This document shows positions 38,690 to 49,300 of a DNA stretch of 64,000 nt, in pieces. Within the stretch, counting starts at the first letter, position 1. Every line of letters begins with the position of its first letter. The notes beneath the pieces are model-generated. The model was given only the letters and a program-made list of their open reading frames with translations. It was not told where the DNA came from and made no database searches. Made by a program: the position numbers and the translations under genes. The DNA is from Dehalococcoidia bacterium (lineage in GTDB: Bacteria > Chloroflexota > Dehalococcoidia > UBA2979): NCBI GenBank assembly GCA_965248675.1, contig CBDFJZ010000008.1:1533256-1597255 (forward strand). Direction: 5' to 3'.

Positions 38690-39211
38690 CTAGGAGGCGG
38701 GCTCCGCGGTCGGCTCGGGAACGACTTCCGCCACCGGATCACGTGAGGGCAGGAGCAGCACCTGGCCAACCTCGATCACGTTCGGGTTCACGAGGTTGTT
38801 CAGCTCGACCAGCGCGGTCGCGGTGGTGCCGTGGCGCACCGCGATCTCGTGGAGGACGTCGCCCGAGACGACGGTGTAGGTCGTCGACGTGACATCGGGA
38901 GGCACGGACACGGGTGGCGGCACGGGCGGCTCGGTGTCGACCGGCGCTACGGCCGGGGCGGCCGTCGCGATCGCATCGATTTCGACGCTCGCAGCGACCC
39001 CGGCGGCGTCGCCGCGTGGCAGGTCGCTCATCACCTGGTCGTCCGAACCGCGGCGATCGAGGAAGAGTGCGATATTCGCCACCGAACCCGCCACGATCAC
39101 CAGGAATCCGACCCCGAGGATCAGGTTCCGAGCGATCAGCGGCCACGCAGGCTGCGCGACGCGAGCGCGAGCCGCTGGTTGGGGCGCGGCGGCGGATTCT
39201 GACGTAGTCAC
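38690..39211 (-). CDS. Membrane-anchored LysM-domain protein
   Basis: N-terminal TM segment (LILGVGFLVIVAGSVANIALF), a Pro-rich linker, and a C-terminal LysM (YTVVSGDVLHEIAVRHGTTATALVELNNLVNPNVIEVGQVLLLP). Confidence 0.75.
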   Translation of the reverse strand: MTTSESAAAPQPAARARVAQPAWPLIARNLILGVGFLVIVAGSVANIALFLDRRGSDDQVMSDLPRGDAAGVAASVEIDAIATAAPAVAPVDTEPPVPPPVSVPPDVTSTTYTVVSGDVLHEIAVRHGTTATALVELNNLVNPNVIEVGQVLLLPSRDPVAEVVPEPTAEPAS

Positions 39212-39311
39212 CCCCGGATCATCGGGTCATGGCGAGCACGTGTGAAGGTCCGCACGTTTCCGCGTACGAACGGCCTCCCTGAGACGATCCGGCTGAATCC
39301 GCCTACAGAGC

Positions 39312-40872
39312 TCACGGTCGATAGCTCGGGCCGGCGTTTGGGCCGAGTTGGGTCTTGATCACGTTCTGCGCCATGTCCGCGAACTCGCAGATGATCGCGC
39401 GCGTGTCTCGAGGATCGATCAAGTCGAGGCCGCTCGCCTCGGCGGTCCGGAACGGTGAGGACAGCGCCTGGAACTCCGCCTCCAGCTCGAGCCGTTTCGC
39501 CTCCGGATCGGGCGCCGCCTCGATCACGCGGCGGAACGCCGCGGACGTTCCGCCCTCGATGTGCATTGAGCCCCAATGTCCCGAGAGCCACGCGTAGCGC
39601 CGGTACAGGTGTGGCCCCGGCCGGTACTGCAGGCTGCCCGCCAGTCCGTACGACTGGCGGCAGATCACCGAGATCCACGGCATCTTGCTCTGCGCGATCG
39701 CATACACGAGGCGCGCCCCGGCCCGCTCGATCCCCACCTTTTCCGACTCGAGCCCGACCATGAACCCCGGATCGTCCATCAGCACCACCATCGGCAAGTG
39801 GAACGTGTCGCAGAGCTGCACGAGGCGGCTCGACTTCTCCGCCGCCGCCACGTCCATCGAGCCGCCTCGGTGGTTCGGGTTGTTGAGCATCACCCCCACC
39901 GGGTACCCGCTCGCCCGCGCCAGTCCGATGATTCTCGACGTCCCGTACTCCGGCGACACCTCGAAGAACGACCCCTCGTCGAACACCCCCCCTCGAGGAT
40001 CACGCGCGGGTTGTACGGCTGCCGCTTGTCCCGAGGGATCAGCGACAACAGCCGTTCGTCGCGACGCGCCGGATCGTCCGACTGATCGCCCTGCGGCGGC
40101 ATCTCCCAGACGTTGTCCGGCATGTAGCTCAGGAACTGCTTCACCTGGGCGATTGCGTCCGCCTCGTCCTCGGCGGCGTTGTCGACACCCCGCTGATCTG
40201 AGCGTGGATCTGGGCACCCCCGAGGTCGTCCTTGTCGATGTCGTAGCCGAGCGCCGCCTTCACCACCGGCGGTCCGCCGGGGAACACCTGTCCGGCCCCC
40301 TTCGCGATCACGCTGAAATGGCTGAGCGGGGGAATCGGCGCCAGCCCGCCGGCGGCCGACCCCAGCACGGCCGTCGCTACCGGCGCGATGTTCAAGATCG
40401 CGCAGATCGACTCGAACTGGGCGCCGTCGGGGATGTAGGTGCGACCGATCTCCGCGAATTCAGTCACGCTGCCACCCGCGCCATCGAGCAGGTTCACCGT
40501 CGGCAGCCGCAGCTCCATGGGGCCGGGATGGCCGTGCCCCATATCGACGCCAGCGCTATGGGCGCCGGCCGAGCCGCCCCGGATCGTGAAGTCCTGCCCG
40601 GCCACGTAGATGCGGCGTCCGCCGACCTTCGCGATCCCTCGCACCCCCGCCGACGGCTTCACGTCGAGGAGCGCTCCGTCGTCGTCGTACGTGGCGCTGC
40701 CCCGCAGCTTGCCTATTTGCTCGAACGAACCGGCGTCGACCAGCAGTTCGATCCGCTCGCGGATGTTGAGCTTTCCTTGCCGCCGCTGACGTTCGAGGCC
40801 TTCCGGTCCCCCCATTTGCTCGGCGAACGCGTACCGGCGATTCAGCTCATCGACGTCGGGCTGCCAGGTCAT
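39312..40872 (-). pseudogene. Acyl-CoA carboxylase carboxyltransferase (PccB/AccD-like), two frameshifts
   Basis: Three frame segments. (1) 40872->~40190: ...VAGQDFTIRGGSAG...GGAQIHAQISGV. (2) VDNAAEDEADAIAQVKQFLSYMPDNVWE...PRVILEG. (3) VFDEGSFFEVSPEYG...NNPNHRGGSMD...MDDPGFMVG. Shifts at about 40184..40191 and in the C7 run 39986..39992. Confidence 0.8.
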
Positions 40873-41052
40873 TGCGGACTCCTCGGATCGTACGGACGCG
40901 CTGTGATCGGATCGTCACGGCAGTCTAGTCGGAGCACGGGCGTGCGGTAGATCGTTGTCCCGCGGCGCAGAAGGTACGCGACCGGACGCAGCCGTCGATT
41001 ACGCGTGTGCCACGCTCCCGCCGTTGTCGCTCACCACACACGGGGAAAAACA

Positions 41053-42768
41053 ATGAGTTCTGAACGACAGACGCGCCGACGAGCTTTCACCAGCTACCGA
41101 AGCGCACGGGTTTCGCGCCGCTCCGCACTCCGCGGTTTCACCGTTGGCGCCGCCGGCCTCGCGGGCGCAGTCTTGATCGGTTGCGGCGACTCCGACGACG
41201 CCACCAGCACGCCCGACGCGGGCGGCGGAGGCGGTGGAGGCGGCGGAGGCGGTGGTTCCGCCGCCTCCACCGAGGCGCCGGCCGCCGCTACGCGAGGCGG
41301 ACGCCTGATTCACGGTCTGCCCGCTGGCGTGCTCAACAACCTCGATCCGAGTACCGGTCAGAGTGGCGGCGAGCACAAGCACTTCTGGACGATGTTCAAC
41401 TCGCTGGTGGACTACAGCCGCAACGGCGAGCCGGACCCCGCCTACTCGCTCGCGGAAACCTGGGAGATCGAGTCGCCGACGAAGATCGCCTTCACGCTGC
41501 GGCAGGGCATCAAGTTCCACAACGGCGAGGAGTTCAACGCCGAGGTCGTGCGCTGGAACGTTGAGCACATCCAGGATCCCGCGACCAAGTCTGCTGCGGC
41601 TGGTCAGATGGCGCCGATCCACAACGTCGAGGTGGTTGACGACAACCACGTCAACTTCGAGCTGGAACGACCGAACGGCGCGTTGCTGACGCTGCTCGGC
41701 GACCGTGGCGGGCAGCAGCTGCCCCCGGTCGCCGCCGAGGCGGCCGGCGATCAGTTTCGGGCTCGCCCCGATCGGCACCGGCCCGTTCCGCTTCAAGGAG
41801 TGGGTGCAGGACTCGCACATCGAGATCGAGCGCAACGAGGAGTACTGGCGCACGGACATGGCCGGAAACAAGCTCCCCGCCATCGATTCGCTGCGCTGGC
41901 AGATCATCCCCGAGACCTCGGTGCTGCTCGCCAACTTCAAGGCGGGCGACGTGGACATCATCACGCCCGCCTCCTCGCAGCTCGACGAGCTCGAGGCGGA
42001 CGAAAACGTGCAGCTGGCCAAGTTCGTCGGCAGCGGCTGGTCGGGCATGTACTTCAACACCGCGTTGCCCCCAACCGACGACGTCAACTTCCGGCGGGCG
42101 ATCGCCTGGGCGATCGACCGCGAGGCAATCAACGAGGCGATCTTCTTCGGCCGGCGCGAACTCCGCGAGAGGATGGGGATCATCACCCCCGCCCTCCCCT
42201 GGGCCTTCCCTGGTCCGTTGAGGGTGCTCCCGAGTTCGACCTGGAGAAGGCCCAGGAGTTCCTCGCCGCGAGTGGCTACCCGGACGGCGCATCGTTCCGC
42301 GTCGTCGTCGGTACCTCTGCCACTTACGCGGCGCGTGCGGAGCTCTGGCAGTCGATGCTGAAGGAGCTCAACATCGACCTCCAGTTCGAGCAGGCTGCGG
42401 ACTTCACGTCGCAGATGTGGGTCGAGTTCAACGCCAACGCGCTGCTCGCCGGATTCAGCCTCCGCGCCGACCCGGACGGCACGATCGGCGAGGTCGTCCA
42501 CTCCGAAGGCTTCTACAACGCAGGTCACTCGGTGAACCCCGACCTCGACGAGGCGATTGAGCGCGCTCGATCGAGCTACGACCTCGAGGAGCGCGCCGAG
42601 GAGTATCGCACCGTCGAGGAGCTCCTCGCTCGGGACATCTACGGCGTATATGTGGGTTACGGGGTGGGGTTCCGGGCGGCCACTCAGCGGGTCGGCAACT
42701 TCGAGTCGATCTTCGGCGCCGAAGGCAAGGAACGGTACGACGAGTTGCTGGACAACGACTTCGCCTAA
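41053..42768 (+). pseudogene. ABC transporter substrate-binding lipoprotein (family 5, peptide/nickel type), two compensating frameshifts
   Basis: Tat-like signal plus lipobox (RRSALRGFTVGAAGLAGAVLIGCG), then a poly-Gly linker. The middle ~450 nt reads correctly only in another frame (FGLAPIGTGPFRFKEWVQDSHIEIERNEEYW...). Shifts at TTT 41755..41757 and CCC 42208..42210. Confidence 0.8.
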
Positions 42769-42897
42769 CCCTCGGGAAAGCCTCCACTGCCTGTGAGCGG
42801 TGGAGGCTCGGGCGAACGTAGATTGGAAGCGGCTCGCGTCCTCGGCGGAGGTTGACGGCGCGACTGCTGCCCGACGGTTGCGGAAGGACCGCCGACG

Positions 42898-43866
42898 ATG
42901 AGTTGGCGCTACTTGATGGCCCGCGTCGCGCAGACGCTGCTGGTGATCCTGATCGTCTCGATGATGACGTTCTTCATGCTGAGCGTCCTCCCCGGCGATC
43001 CGGTGACGGCACAGATCGGCCCCGAGGCGGGCGGCTTCTCCGACGAGCTGCTTGAACAGGCGCGGAAGGAGCTCGGCCTCGATAAACCGCTGCCGCTGCA
43101 GTACACCAGTTGGCTCGGCCGGATGTTGACCGGCGACTGGGGGCAGTCGATCCGCACCAAGGAGGACGTGCTGCCGGCGCTTGCCGATCGCGCACCTGTG
43201 ACGTTGCAGTTGACGGTCCTCGCGATGCTGATCTCGCTGGCGATCAGCCTCCCGATCGGAATCATCGCCTCGCTTCGGCGCAACAGCTGGGTCGACCGAC
43301 TGGCGACCACGGGCGCCGTGGCCGGCGTGGCGCTGCCGAATTTTTGGTTCGCCATCTTGCTGATCCTGCTGTTCTCGGTGCGCTTCGACGTGCTCCCGCC
43401 ATCCGGCTACATCGACCCGCTCGATGATCCAGTGGACGCGTTGAAGCACCTCGTCCTGCCGGCCCTCGTCCTGGGCATGGCGCAGTCCGCGACGATCATG
43501 CGCCAGATGCGCTCGAGCATGCTCGAGGTGATGAACCAGGACTACGTGCGGACGGCCCGAGCGAAGGGGTTACGACCGTCTCGGGTCGTGCTGGGCCACG
43601 CGCTGCGCAACGCGTTGATCCCGGTGATCACGCTGCTGGGCCTGCGACTCGCGAACATCCTCGGCGGCACGATCATCATCGAGCAGGTGTTTGCCCTGCC
43701 CGGCATGGGCCGGCTCGCCGTGCAGGCCATCTTCTTCCAGGACTTCCCCGTGGTCATGGGCTTCGTGCTGCTGATCGCGCTGCTCGTGCAGATCGCGAAC
43801 CTGGCGACAGACCTCTCGTACAGCATCATCGACCCGCGGATCCGCCTCGAGGGTGGCCGCGCGTGA
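42898..43866 (+). CDS. ABC transporter permease (DppB/OppB type)
   Basis: 322 aa. ...YVRTARAKGLRPSRVVLGHALRNALIPVITLLGL (EAA loop). Confidence 0.9.
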   Translation: MSWRYLMARVAQTLLVILIVSMMTFFMLSVLPGDPVTAQIGPEAGGFSDELLEQARKELGLDKPLPLQYTSWLGRMLTGDWGQSIRTKEDVLPALADRAPVTLQLTVLAMLISLAISLPIGIIASLRRNSWVDRLATTGAVAGVALPNFWFAILLILLFSVRFDVLPPSGYIDPLDDPVDALKHLVLPALVLGMAQSATIMRQMRSSMLEVMNQDYVRTARAKGLRPSRVVLGHALRNALIPVITLLGLRLANILGGTIIIEQVFALPGMGRLAVQAIFFQDFPVVMGFVLLIALLVQIANLATDLSYSIIDPRIRLEGGRA

Positions 43867-44756
43867 CCGCCGAAGTCCAGCGCTCGGATCCCGCACCGTT
43901 CTCCGAGCTGGGCGTTCGCTCGACCCCCGGGTTCGCCCGTCGATTCGTCCGCCAGAAGGGTGTGCCGCTGGCCGGGTCGGTGGTTGCCCTCGTGATCGTC
44001 TCGGCGATTATCGCTCCGCTGCTCGCCCCCTACGATCCGATCGCGACGGCGCCAAGGGAATCGCTCGATGGCCCGTCCAGCAGCCACTGGTTGGGCACTG
44101 ATCAGCTCGGGCGCGACGTCCTGAGTCGGATCATCTTCGGGAGCCGCGTCTCGATCCTGGTCGGCGTCGTCGCCGTCGGCGTCGCGCTCACCGCCGGCGT
44201 GCCACTCGGACTGATCTCTGGGTACTTCGGCGGGATCGTCGATCACGCGATCATGCGCGCGATGGACGCGATCATCGCCTTCCCGGCCCTGGTACTCGCG
44301 CTGGCGATCGTCGGCGCCGTGGGGGCGGGCACGACCCAGATCATGGTCGCGATTGGTATTTCCTCGGTGCCGCTTTACGCACGGCTCACCCGCGGGCAAG
44401 TTCTCTCGATCCGCGAGCAAGACTACGTCGAGGCGGCCCGCTCGCTCGGTGGATCGGACCTGCGCGTGCTCGCGCGCCACATCTTGCCGAACTCGCTCTC
44501 GCCGCTGATTGTCCAGGCCTCGCTGGGAGTCGCCTTCGCGATCCTTGCCGAGGCCGGGCTCAGCTTCCTCGGCGTCGGTGTGCAGCCTCCGTCGCCGACG
44601 TGGGGCGGGATGCTGAGCACCGCGCTGCCGCTGATCGAACGCGCGGCCTACTTATCGATCTTCCCCGGGATCGCGATCTTTATCACGGTGCTGGCGATCA
44701 GCATGCTCGGCGACGCGCTCCGCGACGTCCTCGATCCGCGGTTGCGCGGTAGCTGA
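43863..44756 (+). CDS. ABC transporter permease (DppC/OppC type)
   Basis: 297 aa. ...YVEAARSLGGSDLRVLARHILPNSLSPLIVQASLGVAFAILAEAGLSFLGVGVQPPSPTWG. GTGA overlap with the upstream permease. Confidence 0.9.
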   Translation: MTAEVQRSDPAPFSELGVRSTPGFARRFVRQKGVPLAGSVVALVIVSAIIAPLLAPYDPIATAPRESLDGPSSSHWLGTDQLGRDVLSRIIFGSRVSILVGVVAVGVALTAGVPLGLISGYFGGIVDHAIMRAMDAIIAFPALVLALAIVGAVGAGTTQIMVAIGISSVPLYARLTRGQVLSIREQDYVEAARSLGGSDLRVLARHILPNSLSPLIVQASLGVAFAILAEAGLSFLGVGVQPPSPTWGGMLSTALPLIERAAYLSIFPGIAIFITVLAISMLGDALRDVLDPRLRGS

Positions 44757-44773
44757 GCGCCGTTCCGCGTTCC

Positions 44774-44852
44774 GCGACTCCCAAAGGCGGATCGATGGCT
44801 GAGCCCGGTTCGGCGTCCACGACTCCGAAGGGCAGATCGATGGCTGAGCCCG
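44774..44852. repeat. Imperfect 34-nt direct repeat, 45-nt period, duplicating a start-codon region
   Basis: gcgactcccaaaggcggatcgATGgctgagcccg (44774..44807) compared with acgactccgaagggcagatcgATGgctgagcccg (44819..44852); 30/34 identical. Confidence 0.7.
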
Positions 44853-45084
44853 CCGCGCCGACCGCTGCCGAGATCCGCGAGGCCTTCGCCGCTGGCTGTC
44901 CGGATTGTGTGGCAGCCGGAACCACCTGGGTGCACCTGCGCATCTGCCTCCAGTGTCGTCACGCCGGTTGCTGCGACGACTCCCCGGAGACGCACGCCAG
45001 GAAACACTGGCAGGAAACGGGGCACGAGGTGATCCAATCGCTCGGGCCGGGGAGATCTGGCGCTGGAACTTCGCGACCGACTAG
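44840..45084 (+). pseudogene. UBP-type zinc-finger protein, frameshifted near the 3' end
   Basis: CPDCVAAGTTWVHLRICLQCRHAGCCDDSPETHARKHWQETGHEVIQSLGPG. The expected tail EIWRWNFATD* is in the +1 frame. Shift in G-run 45049..45052. Start could also be 44795. Confidence 0.6.
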
Positions 45085-45106
45085 GCGGTGCTCTAGGCGC
45101 CGGTCG

Positions 45107-46057
45107 CTATCCTTCGAGGCTCCCCTCGAACGGGCTGATGCAGCGGAAGCCGACATTGCTCGCGCTGCTGTCGGCGGTGAGCGCCATCCGTGCGGCGGGC
45201 CGGTAGCGCCGGCAGTAGCTGGCGTGGCAAAGGAACGACCCGCCCTTGAGCGTCTTCAGATCGCCGTCGCTGGGACCGACCGGATCGAGGACGTTCGGCA
45301 GTTGATGACTGCCGGTCTCGAACCAGTCGGCGCACCACTCCCAGACGTTGCCCGTCATGTTGTGCAGCCCGAACCCGTTGGCCGGGAAGGCGGTCGCCGG
45401 ACAGGTGCCGTACCACCCATCGCCCTGCTCGTTGTCGGACGGGAACACGCCCTGCCAGACGTTCATCCGGTGTTCGCCGCCCGGAGTGAGTTCGTCACCC
45501 CACGGGAAGGCGGCGCCCTCGACCCCGCCGCGTGCGGCGCGTTCCCACTGCGCCTCGGACGGCAGCCGCTTGCCGGCCCACGACGCATACGCCGCGGCGT
45601 CTGTCCAGCTCACATGCACCACGGGGTGATCGCGACGATCGTCGATTTCGCTCTGCGGTCCCTCCGGGTGACGCCAGTTCGCTCCCGGTACCTCGCGCCA
45701 CCATGGGGCGTCGACGGAGCCTCGGGTCGGCGGGAACTCGTCGGGAAGCAGGCCGCCGAAGACGAATGACCAGCCGAACTGTTCCGCCTCGGTGGCGTAA
45801 CCGCTGGCGTCGGTGAACGTCGAGAACTCGTCGTTGGTGACGGTTTGCACGTCCATCATGAACGGCGAAAGCGTCACTCCGCGGACCGGACCCTCCCCGT
45901 CCGCCGGGTACGCGAGCTCGTCCTCCGACCCCATCAGGAAGCCGCCACCAGGGATCGCGACCATCGAGGTGTCGGGCGATTGGGCCGTCGGCGCCGGCTC
46001 GAAGGCGAGCGGCTGACCGGCCGGCCTCGAACCGTTCGGGGCGCAGCAGTTGCTCAT
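45107..46057 (-). CDS. Formylglycine-generating enzyme (SUMF1/FGE family)
   Basis: MVAIPGGGFLMGS...VTNDEFSTF...HPVVHVSWTDAAAYASWAGKRLPSEAQWERAARGG...GNVWEWCADW...LKGGSFLC. The track ORF runs to 46300; Met 46057 is preferred. Confidence 0.85.
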   Translation of the reverse strand: MSNCCAPNGSRPAGQPLAFEPAPTAQSPDTSMVAIPGGGFLMGSEDELAYPADGEGPVRGVTLSPFMMDVQTVTNDEFSTFTDASGYATEAEQFGWSFVFGGLLPDEFPPTRGSVDAPWWREVPGANWRHPEGPQSEIDDRRDHPVVHVSWTDAAAYASWAGKRLPSEAQWERAARGGVEGAAFPWGDELTPGGEHRMNVWQGVFPSDNEQGDGWYGTCPATAFPANGFGLHNMTGNVWEWCADWFETGSHQLPNVLDPVGPSDGDLKTLKGGSFLCHASYCRRYRPAARMALTADSSASNVGFRCISPFEGSLEG

Positions 46058-46193
46058 CGTCGCGACATCGTAACGCCGGAGTGTGCCGGATCGGCCCGGC
46101 GACGCTGATTCGAGCCACCTGCCGATACGATGCGCCTGAGTTGCAGCGACCCAGCGGCATCCGCATCCGGCGGACCGCAGCCGAAAGGGCGTC

Positions 46194-47276
46194 ATGGAGC
46201 CTGAGTTCGTCCTGTACGACCTTCGGTTTCGCGCGCGGGTGATCGATCTGCGACGCCGCGTGTTCGGTGGGAGCCGCTCGTTCAACGAGGCGTACTTCAA
46301 TTGGAAGTACGAGCAGAATCCGTACTTGAAGGATCCGCTGTTTTCGATCGCGCTCGATGACGACCGCGTGGTCGGGATGCGTGGCTTCTACGGCGCACGG
46401 TGGGTCGCCGACGACGCGGCAACCTCGACGTTCATCCCCGTCGGCGCTGATACCGCCGTCGATCCGGACTACCGAGGCCGCTGGATCATGCAGCGGATGC
46501 TCCGTTCCGCCCGTGACGAGTTCGCTGGGCGTGGCTACGAATTCGCGTTCAACTTCAGCGCAAACCAGGCGATGCGCATGCTGTCGCTGCGCGCCGGATG
46601 GCGCCGCCTCGCACCGTACGATGATGCCCAGCTCACGCGCCAGACGCGCCGTGGCGCCCGCGCTTGGGTCGCACGGACCGGACAGCGCCTCCGACGACGG
46701 CTGAACCTGCGATCTCCCGAGTTCGCCTCGCTCGATCGGCTCGGATCACCGCTGGCGGGCGACGTGACCGTCGCGAGGGAAGTCCGTCCGGACGCGATGG
46801 CGGATCTCGTCGCGCACCGGCGGGGACCGCAGATCGGTCACGTGAGGGATGCTGACTTCTATGCATGGCGGTTCCACGACCCTCGGTTCGCGTACCGGTT
46901 TCTGTTCATCGGGAGCGAAACCGAGCTCGAGGGGTTCTTCGTGCTGCAGCAAGCGCGTGGAGGCGGCGTCGTCAGCGTCGTCGACTGGTGCGCGAAGAGC
47001 GCGGCCGTTCGTTCCCACCTGCTGCGGGCACTCGTCGCGACCACGATCGGCCGTATCCAGATCTGGGCGGCCACGCTGCCTCACGACTTCCTCGGGGAGC
47101 TGCACGCGGCGGGGTTTCGCGAAGGCGGGCACGTGGATTCGGCGAAACGTCCGCTGCCCGGCATGCTGATTGGGGCGACCGGAACGGCGGCTCCGGAGAG
47201 CTGGCAACTCGGAGGACAGGCGTTGGTCGAGACGGAGCACTGGGAGCTCCGAATGATCTACTCGGATGCGTACTAG
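46194..47276 (+). CDS. GNAT-like acetyltransferase (FemAB/CelD-like type)
   Basis: 360 aa. ...VVGMRGFYGARWV...VDPDYRGRWIMQRMLRSARDEFAGRGYEFAFNFSANQAMRMLSLRAGW. Assignment is by motif resemblance only. Confidence 0.5.
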   Translation: MEPEFVLYDLRFRARVIDLRRRVFGGSRSFNEAYFNWKYEQNPYLKDPLFSIALDDDRVVGMRGFYGARWVADDAATSTFIPVGADTAVDPDYRGRWIMQRMLRSARDEFAGRGYEFAFNFSANQAMRMLSLRAGWRRLAPYDDAQLTRQTRRGARAWVARTGQRLRRRLNLRSPEFASLDRLGSPLAGDVTVAREVRPDAMADLVAHRRGPQIGHVRDADFYAWRFHDPRFAYRFLFIGSETELEGFFVLQQARGGGVVSVVDWCAKSAAVRSHLLRALVATTIGRIQIWAATLPHDFLGELHAAGFREGGHVDSAKRPLPGMLIGATGTAAPESWQLGGQALVETEHWELRMIYSDAY

Positions 47277-47283
47277 AGCCTGG

Positions 47284-48062
47284 CTACCGCTCGCCGGTGA
47301 CCGGGAAGAACACCTCGTAGCCGGCGTCGGCGTAAGGAAACACAAAGCTACCGACGGCCTCCATCTCGCCGGCGTACACGCCGAGCGCGGCCAGCTTTCG
47401 CTCGTGAAAGCCCTCGGTCCGCACCAGCAGCGCTGGGGCTCGTCGCCACTCGTGGATCGGGCCGGCCGCGAGCTGAGCGACGGCGCGGAACCGGCCGCGC
47501 GGTGTCACGAGCCACGGCACCCGCCCCCAGTAGCGGACGGGGTATTCGTAGAGCCTCGCGGTCAGGTCGCCGAGCAGCGATCGCGCCGCCTCGCTGAGCG
47601 CGCGGTGATCGGCGTGCGTGTCCGCCTGAGGGGCGTAGATCTCCTCCGGCTCGAGCTCGCCCACAAGCGAGCGTAGGGCGTCGTCCAGGCGACCTCGCTC
47701 CGCCTCGAGCGATCCATCCTCGAACTCGAGAAAGCGAATCCGGCTGGTTCGAGGCCCAGCACCCGCCCCGCCTCGACCGCCTCGACGCGCCGGATCCGTG
47801 CCAGCTCGTCGCCACCGTGTTGCAGCGAACGCAGGCCGCGACGTCCATCGGTCGCAATCACGACCGTGACCTCGGTGCCGGCCATCGCTTTGCGCGCGAT
47901 CAGCACGCTGCAGCCGATCGCCTCGTCGTCCGCGTGCGGCGCGAGGATCAGCGCCCGGCCCGTGGCGATCGAGGCCGTGCGGTCGTTGCCGCGCGCGATC
48001 AGACGCCGTTGGAAGAACCGCGCGGCGCGCGGACGCAACGGGCGCAACAGGCGCCGGATCAT
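47284..48062 (-). pseudogene. PIG-L/LmbE-family N-deacetylase, frameshifted
   Basis: ALILAPHADDEAIGCSVLI...VVIATDG (PIG-L motif) is in ORF 47562..48062. The continuation SRIRFLEFEDGSLEAE...EIYAPQADTHADHRAL is in ORF 47284..48081. Shift near 47746. Confidence 0.7.
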
Positions 48063-48152
48063 CCTGTCCTCGCGATCTCACAACGCCGCGGTCGCATAGA
48101 GTACGGCGTTGACCCTCGTGCGCGCCTCGAGTGCGGCGGAGAGGACCGGTTG

Positions 48153-49300
48153 ATGCGCATCGCGTTTGTCCTGACCGAGTTCCCGGTGATCTCTGAGCTG
48201 TTCATCGTCCGTCAGCTCACTGGCCTCCTCGAACGCGGTCACGATCTCACGATCTTCGCTGAGCAGGCCCCGACGCGACCCGACACGAGCGGATCGAGGA
48301 GTTTCGCCTCCTCGAGCGCATGCTCGCTCGTCCGGCCGTCGCCGCGCGAGGGGTCGCGCGGCGCGGGCGGCAGGCGCTCAACCTCCGGCTGATCCCGCTC
48401 GCGCGGGGCTGGGAGCGCTGCGGCCCGTTCGACGTCGTCCACGCGCACTTCGCGCCGAACGGCGTATCCGCGGTCGATCTCCGCGCCGCCGGCTGCTTCA
48501 CGGCACCCGTCGTCACCAGCTTCCACGGCTACGACATCAACGTGCTCCCGGGGACCAGGGGCGGCGCGGGATACGCGCGGCTGTTCGCCGAGGGTGACGC
48601 GTTCACGGCCAACTCTAACTTCCTCGCCGCGCGCGCGGCGGCGCTCGGATGTCCGAGGGACCGGATGCACATCATGCCGATGGGCGTCGATCGGCCCCCG
48701 ACTGCGATGCCGCCCCGCCCGAACGATGGCGTCACGCGGGTGCTCACCGTGGCTCGACTCACCGAGGAGAAAGGCCTGCGAGATGGGATCGCGGCCGTGG
48801 GCAGCCTCGCGAGGGCCGGCGCGCCCGTATGCTACCGGATCATTGGCGACGGTCCGCTCGAGGGCGAGCTCCGTGCGATGATTGCGGAAGAAGGCTTGGC
48901 ACAGGTCGTCTCATTGACCGGTTCGGCTTCCGAGGCCGAGGTACACGAGGCGTTCCGCGACAGCGACCTTTTTCTCCTCCCCAGCGTGCGCGCCGCCGAT
49001 GGTTCGGAGGAAGGCCAGGGGCTCGTGCTCCAGGAGGCGCAAGCGATGGGGCTTCCGGTGATCACCACGGCACTCGGGGGCATTCCGGAGGGCGTTGACG
49101 ACGGCCAGAGCGGGTTCCTCGTGCCTCCCGGCGACGTGCCTGCGATGGCGGCGAAGCTGGACGAAGCTTGCCGCGATCCGGAGCTGCGCGACCGCATGGG
49201 CCGCAACGGACGCTGGCTGGTCGAGCGAGGGTTTGACATCGAGCCGCTCAACGACCGCCTGGTCGACCTCTACCGCGAGACGATCGGACGAGCGTCCTGA
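48153..49300 (+). pseudogene. GT4-family glycosyltransferase, frameshifted near the 5' end
   Basis: MRIAFVLTEFPVISELFIVRQLTGLLERGHDLTIFAEQAP, then a frame change (about 48262..48290, possibly C-run 48268..48271) into ...HERIEEFRLLERMLARP...VVHAHF...EEKG...LLPSV...EGQGLVLQEAQAMGLPVITT..GGIPE. Confidence 0.75.

Noticed and set aside
39212-39311. ydaO (c-di-AMP) riboswitch upstream of the LysM protein gene, prompted by the DarA receptor in the window.
   Set aside because: The 100-nt leader is too short and lacks the paired ACGGGG/CCCGA-type conserved blocks I remember for ydaO.
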